Source: Candidatus Bathyarchaeota archaeon (GTDB lineage: Archaea > Thermoproteota > Bathyarchaeia > 40CM-2-53-6). From it: a DNA stretch of 60,123 nucleotides. The DNA is taken from contig VBBT01000107.1 in NCBI GenBank assembly GCA_005881695.1, forward strand, positions 1 to 60,123. The letters run 5' to 3'. The position numbers and the translations under genes were made by a program. The notes under the pieces were generated by a model. It saw only the letters and a list, made by a program, of their open reading frames with translations. It ran no database searches and was not told where the DNA came from. This document shows, piece after piece, positions 55,594-60,123 of the stretch; the first letter of the stretch is position 1; every line of letters starts with the position of its first letter.

Positions 55594-58500
55594 CTAGGCG
55601 AAATCTCCCACCAAGAGCTTCGTTTGCGTCCTGTCCTCCTCAGCCGGTCTGAACGTCTCGTCGAGCTCAACTTTGATCAAGTCAAGTCTCTGTCGGTAGT
55701 ATTCGCCAACATTGTACCGTTTGACCATGTCAAAGGCAACTTGGAGATATTTCTCGACGCCCGCTTTGAATACGGTAGGCCCCAACTTGCCTCCGCATTT
55801 GACGCAAACTCCTTTCAAAGGTGCTCGGCGTGGTTTCCAATTGCACTTTGAGCATCTCGATCTCTGAGACGTGAACGTTCGCAGGTTTCCTACCAGGTCT
55901 CGTAGAATGTGGGTTCCGAGGACTTTTCTAGCAACTTCTTCTCCTCTGACCGCGACGATCTTGTCCGCAAGATCGAGTTGTTCCTTGACTTTATCCAGCA
56001 TCGTCGGTAGTTCCTTGTAGGCGCTGGTCAATCGCGCGTGGTCTATGTCTTCCGTTGGGTGTGTAAACCCGATGTTCCAGTTGTCCGACGATGATTCTCG
56101 TGCATTGTTGAGGGTCGGGACAAGATCCTCGATCTCCTTGGGGTTCGCTCCCAATAGCGTTTTGTCATAGAAAGAGAGAGGGAATGCAGTGACTGTTTCG
56201 ATGTTGAATGCTTGTCGTGCCACCTCGGTCGCGTTTAGTAGTGGAGCGAGCAACAGCGGGGCGTCCATCAAACCCCCAATCCTATCTGGGAGGTATTCTC
56301 TAGAGAAGTTCAATAGCACATCGAGCAATAGCGATACCGAGTCTTCGTCTCCATCGCAGTCTCGCCGTTTTGCTGCGTGGTATAACGGGTGGGCATAACA
56401 AACGCTCGCTTTGGTGAATCCGACGATTCTTGCCACTGCGCCGACGGACGTATGGGGCGATAACCCGACGACCAGATGCCCGATTAGGTCTTCTTTTTTC
56501 GATGCCTTGTAGAGCTTGTCCATTCCATAGTACGAGGCGAGTAGGTCGTCCAAGAACCTGGTTACTTTCAACAGGTACTCGCCGCAAGCTTCCGAGACGA
56601 CAAGGTCCTGTATCTCCAGAGCGCACAACTGTCTCGGGTCAGAGAGCTCGCGCCCATCCATGTCATGTGTGTACCCTATCTCGTGGGCTTTCTCCAGGCT
56701 CAGTCCGATTTCTCCTGGTCTGAACTGGGTTAGGACGGCGTTCGACGCGTCAAACCGGAGGGTTCCGTCTTTGAACACGGAGACATCTGATTTCGCCCGT
56801 AACAAGGCCTTCTCTAAGGGCTCGGGCATTCGGGTTTTGTTGATCAAACCTTTCACTCCTTTCACCGACCCTTCGATTTTTCCCAGCTTGAGCCTCCCAA
56901 CTGCCTCTTCCAGCATTTCGACCAGGTTTACGTTGACACTCCGATAGGCGACGAGAGAACCATTGCAAGTGGACGACGAATCGTGCGATGTTTGGCCGCA
57001 CTTGGGACAGTTCGTGCTCATTTTCGTCTCTCGTCCGCAGACTGGACACTTGAGTTTCGATTCCCAGCGACCGCATTGTTGACATGATCGATCCACCAGG
57101 TCCAATGTTACCACGGATTTCCTCGATGCCTCTATCAAGTCACGGCGTGGGCCGCCGGATTGGCCGGTTGGAAATAGCCCGTGGACCCGTGGGGTCATGA
57201 TTCTCTCCTTGGCCTTTTCTGGGCGGCCCATGCGTGCCCCGACAAAGATCGGCGCCTTGTTCTTTATCGGAAATCCTGCCAGCAAGCTCAGCGCTTCAAG
57301 AGAGCTTTCTCCCTTGACCTGGGTCGCTGGGGCTTCGAGATTCAGAATCGTCCGAAGAACCAGTGCATCATCATCTCGGAGTTGGATGGCACCGGCCACC
57401 ATCTTGTGCGGCATTCGAGCCTGTTCCAGAATGTCCTTCAACTTCTCATCGTAGGGCAGAACGCAGGAATCGTCAAGGTAGTGGATGAGTTTCTCGCGGA
57501 GATAGTATACATCTTGGACCGTCACAAGGCTCCAGAAGTGCGTGTAAGCTGGATGCAGAGGAATTCCGAGGCTCTGGGATAATCCAATTGCCTCGCTTGC
57601 TCGCGGTTTGACAGAGAACGGGTTGGAAACGAATTCATGCAATCGTTCTGCCGAGACATTCAGCAATTGCCGTGCTTTGCTGCTGTTTTCTGGGTCGAGG
57701 AGCTTCTCCTTCAGTAACTGCGCCCACCACGACTCGACAAACCCCGACGGAACTAGCGCCCGATTGTTCTCGAGAAACTCCCCATATCCCACCAGCAGGT
57801 CACCGAGGAACAGTATCTTCTGAATCTTGTCCCGCAATGCCTTTGCTTCTTGAGGCGAGTCTATCCTCATTACTGAGCCATCGATGAGCTTCACGACAGG
57901 AGGCTCGATGCTATCGACCGCATTGACGATCCCAGCCTTCCCTGGCCTTTCTAGTCTCATCTGGACGCCTACCGCAAGAAAGCCACCCAGAATTTCCATG
58001 GTAGCCGGGTGAACACCGACCGATGCCATGCCAGTGTTTCGTGAGCGGCCGTATCGTATTCTGAAACCTCCGGCTGCTCCCGGGAAAGCGAATATTGGGC
58101 GTCCGCCGACAACGTCTTCCATGAACATGAACTCTTTCGCCTCTTCTCCTTCAGAAGACGAGGTCTTCATCATAGCGAGCCATCCCCAGCCCTCCAATCC
58201 AAGCTTCTCAACGATCTTCAGAACCTTGGTTGATCGTCCGAGTAGCCCATCATTTACCACTCGAAGTGCTCCGCCTCGGACCCTGTTAGTCTCGATCCGC
58301 ATCAGATTCCGGTTGACCGCTACCTCGTCGGGGTCTGTTTCCACACCGTTCGGCTCAACGGTTAGACGCATGATCGCGTCTTTGAGGACGCTGTCCGGGT
58401 TCCGGTATTGAAAGCGGGCGATCGATCGCTCGTAGAGGCGTAGTTCTTCGACGAATCTCATCGCTTCCTGTTCCGATGCATGATAAGGGGGAATGTTCAG

Positions 58501-59046
58501 CTGCCGACGGACATAGTCGGCAACGATCATCGTTAAGCCCATCTCGGTGCCGCCTGCCGATCTCATAGGCCCCGCAAAATACACTGCCAGATGCTTTGAC
58601 CCATCGACGTTTGTTCTGATCTTCACGTCATGGATTCCCTGTATCGGAGCGACGGTTACCGCCTCATCAAGCACGGCTAGCGCTGTGCGAATTGCTTGTT
58701 CGGCGGCATCTTCAGGTTCAAGGCTTCCGAAATGGTCCAGAACGATGTCCTCGCTGATCTTCAGAGCGGTTTCTTCGCGGGAAATCAGCTTACTGAGTTC
58801 GCGAATCCTCGCGGCAACCCCGACTGGTCCAACCGATTTCTCGACGCGCTCAGCCAGATCATAGGTGGTTTGTGATTCGACTTTCCATGAAGGGTCAAGT
58901 CCCTTCGACCGGGCCTCCGAGGCTATCGAGTACTGCCGGTTGTATTCTCCCTCTATTCTCTTCGCATAAACATGGTTGGGCCGGTTCTCTAGAACTTGCA
59001 CAGCGAGCCTTCGACTACCCGCCACCGTAAAAGGGTTAATGGTCAA
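55594..59046 (-). CDS. polC: DNA polymerase D large subunit DP2 (start probably near 59000)
   Basis: ARSKGLDP, YFAGPMRSAGGT, RVRGG, RIRYGRSRNTG, GARMGRPEKA, DGTLRFD, HAAKRRDCDGDED, C-terminal Zn finger; no intein seen. Confidence 0.97.
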   Translation of the reverse strand: MTINPFTVAGSRRLAVQVLENRPNHVYAKRIEGEYNRQYSIASEARSKGLDPSWKVESQTTYDLAERVEKSVGPVGVAARIRELSKLISREETALKISEDIVLDHFGSLEPEDAAEQAIRTALAVLDEAVTVAPIQGIHDVKIRTNVDGSKHLAVYFAGPMRSAGGTEMGLTMIVADYVRRQLNIPPYHASEQEAMRFVEELRLYERSIARFQYRNPDSVLKDAIMRLTVEPNGVETDPDEVAVNRNLMRIETNRVRGGALRVVNDGLLGRSTKVLKIVEKLGLEGWGWLAMMKTSSSEGEEAKEFMFMEDVVGGRPIFAFPGAAGGFRIRYGRSRNTGMASVGVHPATMEILGGFLAVGVQMRLERPGKAGIVNAVDSIEPPVVKLIDGSVMRIDSPQEAKALRDKIQKILFLGDLLVGYGEFLENNRALVPSGFVESWWAQLLKEKLLDPENSSKARQLLNVSAERLHEFVSNPFSVKPRASEAIGLSQSLGIPLHPAYTHFWSLVTVQDVYYLREKLIHYLDDSCVLPYDEKLKDILEQARMPHKMVAGAIQLRDDDALVLRTILNLEAPATQVKGESSLEALSLLAGFPIKNKAPIFVGARMGRPEKAKERIMTPRVHGLFPTGQSGGPRRDLIEASRKSVVTLDLVDRSCQQCGRWESKLKCPVCGRETKMSTNCPKCGQTSHDSSSTCNGSLVAYRSVNVNLVEMLEEAVGRLKLGKIEGSVKGVKGLINKTRMPEPLEKALLRAKSDVSVFKDGTLRFDASNAVLTQFRPGEIGLSLEKAHEIGYTHDMDGRELSDPRQLCALEIQDLVVSEACGEYLLKVTRFLDDLLASYYGMDKLYKASKKEDLIGHLVVGLSPHTSVGAVARIVGFTKASVCYAHPLYHAAKRRDCDGDEDSVSLLLDVLLNFSREYLPDRIGGLMDAPLLLAPLLNATEVARQAFNIETVTAFPLSFYDKTLLGANPKEIEDLVPTLNNARESSSDNWNIGFTHPTEDIDHARLTSAYKELPTMLDKVKEQLDLADKIVAVRGEEVARKVLGTHILRDLVGNLRTFTSQRSRCSKCNWKPRRAPLKGVCVKCGGKLGPTVFKAGVEKYLQVAFDMVKRYNVGEYYRQRLDLIKVELDETFRPAEEDRTQTKLLVGDFA

Positions 59047-59139
59047 TTTCTTGTTGAGACGACCGAAACTGTTTCTGAGCCTCGGCGGCCGCTCACTGTT
59101 CTATGGAGGAGCGAGTCTTAAGAGTGAGATGCGAATAGT

Positions 59140-59658
59140 TTGAGGAGGCGACGCGCGATGAGCGACAGTTCGCGAGTCGGAAACACAGGGAGACGCTCTG
59201 TTTGGGATAACAGAACCACGGTACGTCGGCTTCACGGTATCGAATATCGAATGCTCGAGGATTCCGATGACATCCACGATTTCATCAACACCGAGGTACG
59301 GAAGGAGCTGGAAGAAGATTTCGAGAGCATGGGCGAAGATCCGCAACATGACGCTCTGCTCAACTCGCTGCCGAAGCGGAAATGGAAGTTGGAAATTGTT
59401 GGCGTTGACGAGGTCCGGATGAATCCTTTGATCCTCAACTCGGCTGACCTCAAGACCGGTCGAAAGTTCATGGAGCGACTGACAGAACGTCGATCAGAGC
59501 TTCGTAAGTCGTTGGAGACAGGTGGAACGGTCATCTGGCCAATAGTCCTCCTGCGGGAACAGAAGCTACTTGTCGATGGATACTGTCGCCATTCAACCCT
59601 TCAAGAAATGAATATTCCCGAGGCTTACGGCTACGTAGGACGCTTCGTTGTCAAGTGA
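59140..59658 (+). CDS. Hypothetical protein with ParB/sulfiredoxin-like C-terminal motif
   Basis: WPIVL...LLVDGYCR...L..M matches the PIxV...DGxHR pattern. Confidence 0.6.
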   Translation: MRRRRAMSDSSRVGNTGRRSVWDNRTTVRRLHGIEYRMLEDSDDIHDFINTEVRKELEEDFESMGEDPQHDALLNSLPKRKWKLEIVGVDEVRMNPLILNSADLKTGRKFMERLTERRSELRKSLETGGTVIWPIVLLREQKLLVDGYCRHSTLQEMNIPEAYGYVGRFVVK

Positions 59659-59811
59659 ACCGATCCATCCGAATAGGATTTGGTCGCACACTCGAACCTG
59701 AATCGTACAACTCATGTCTGCACGAATCGATTTCAAGGTATCAACATGCCGCCACGTGTTGCTCTGAAGCTTATTTGCCAGGAACCCCCCATTCTATTGT
59801 TGGTTCAAGCC

Positions 59812-60123
59812 GTGTCCACTGCGTTCACCAGGGCTCTGGTCAAAGGCGAAAAGGGACAGAAGGACATGCAAAGAATTCCAATTGATACCGGTGCTTTCTT
59901 CACGATTCTGCCCTCCGAAGTCCTCTTCGAGATAGGAGCATACCCCTGGGACTTGAAAGTAAGGCTCGAACTTGACCGGGGAGATTCTTTGGAAGCCCGG
60001 GTCTATTCTGTCGTCGTCGCCGCTCAGGGACGAGAGGACGTAACCCTCGCCGTCACCTTCGAAGGTGCCCAGCCAGTCCTGGGCGCAAAGTTTCTGGAAG
60101 ATCTTGGCCTGGACGTCGATTCT
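59812..60123 (+). CDS. Clan AA (retropepsin-like) aspartyl protease, partial at window edge
   Basis: Own translation: ...IPIDTGAFFTILP...PVLGAKFLEDLGLDVD; open to the end of the window. Confidence 0.8.
   Translation, partial: MSTAFTRALVKGEKGQKDMQRIPIDTGAFFTILPSEVLFEIGAYPWDLKVRLELDRGDSLEARVYSVVVAAQGREDVTLAVTFEGAQPVLGAKFLEDLGLDVDS

Noticed and set aside
55594-59046. Intein in PolD DP2
   Set aside because: Length is normal and the RRDCDGDED region is uninterrupted

Overview
Chromosomal segment of an archaeon: it has the PolD large subunit polC, aIF-1A, an archaeal-type PRPP synthetase, a RAD55/KaiC ATPase, a V4R protein and TATA-box promoters. The gene content suggests a soil TACK/Bathyarchaeia-like lineage (inference). 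About 65 CDS; I saw no rRNA, tRNA, CRISPR array or transposase. Highlights: (1) a five-gene polyphosphate-type cluster (9474-14656) with a tandem VTC+CYTH double triphosphate-tunnel protein, CHAD, Ppx/GppA, SixA and a second CYTH, but no PPK1/PPK2; (2) a frameshifted two-motif LAGLIDADG endonuclease running off the left edge, mostly missed by the ORF track; (3) a PD-(D/E)XK nuclease-like gene convergent with an amino-DNA methyltransferase; (4) a DUF59/SufT-PqqD-like fusion; (5) several microproteins below the ORF cutoff (Cys4 zinc ribbons and a 38-aa Arg/Lys-rich peptide); (6) probable autoregulatory operators upstream of two PadR genes; (7) an AT-rich 4 x 17 bp repeat array next to a perfect palindrome; (8) about seven single-base lesions in otherwise intact genes, which may be sequencing errors. 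All family calls come from motif recognition by eye, not database searches.
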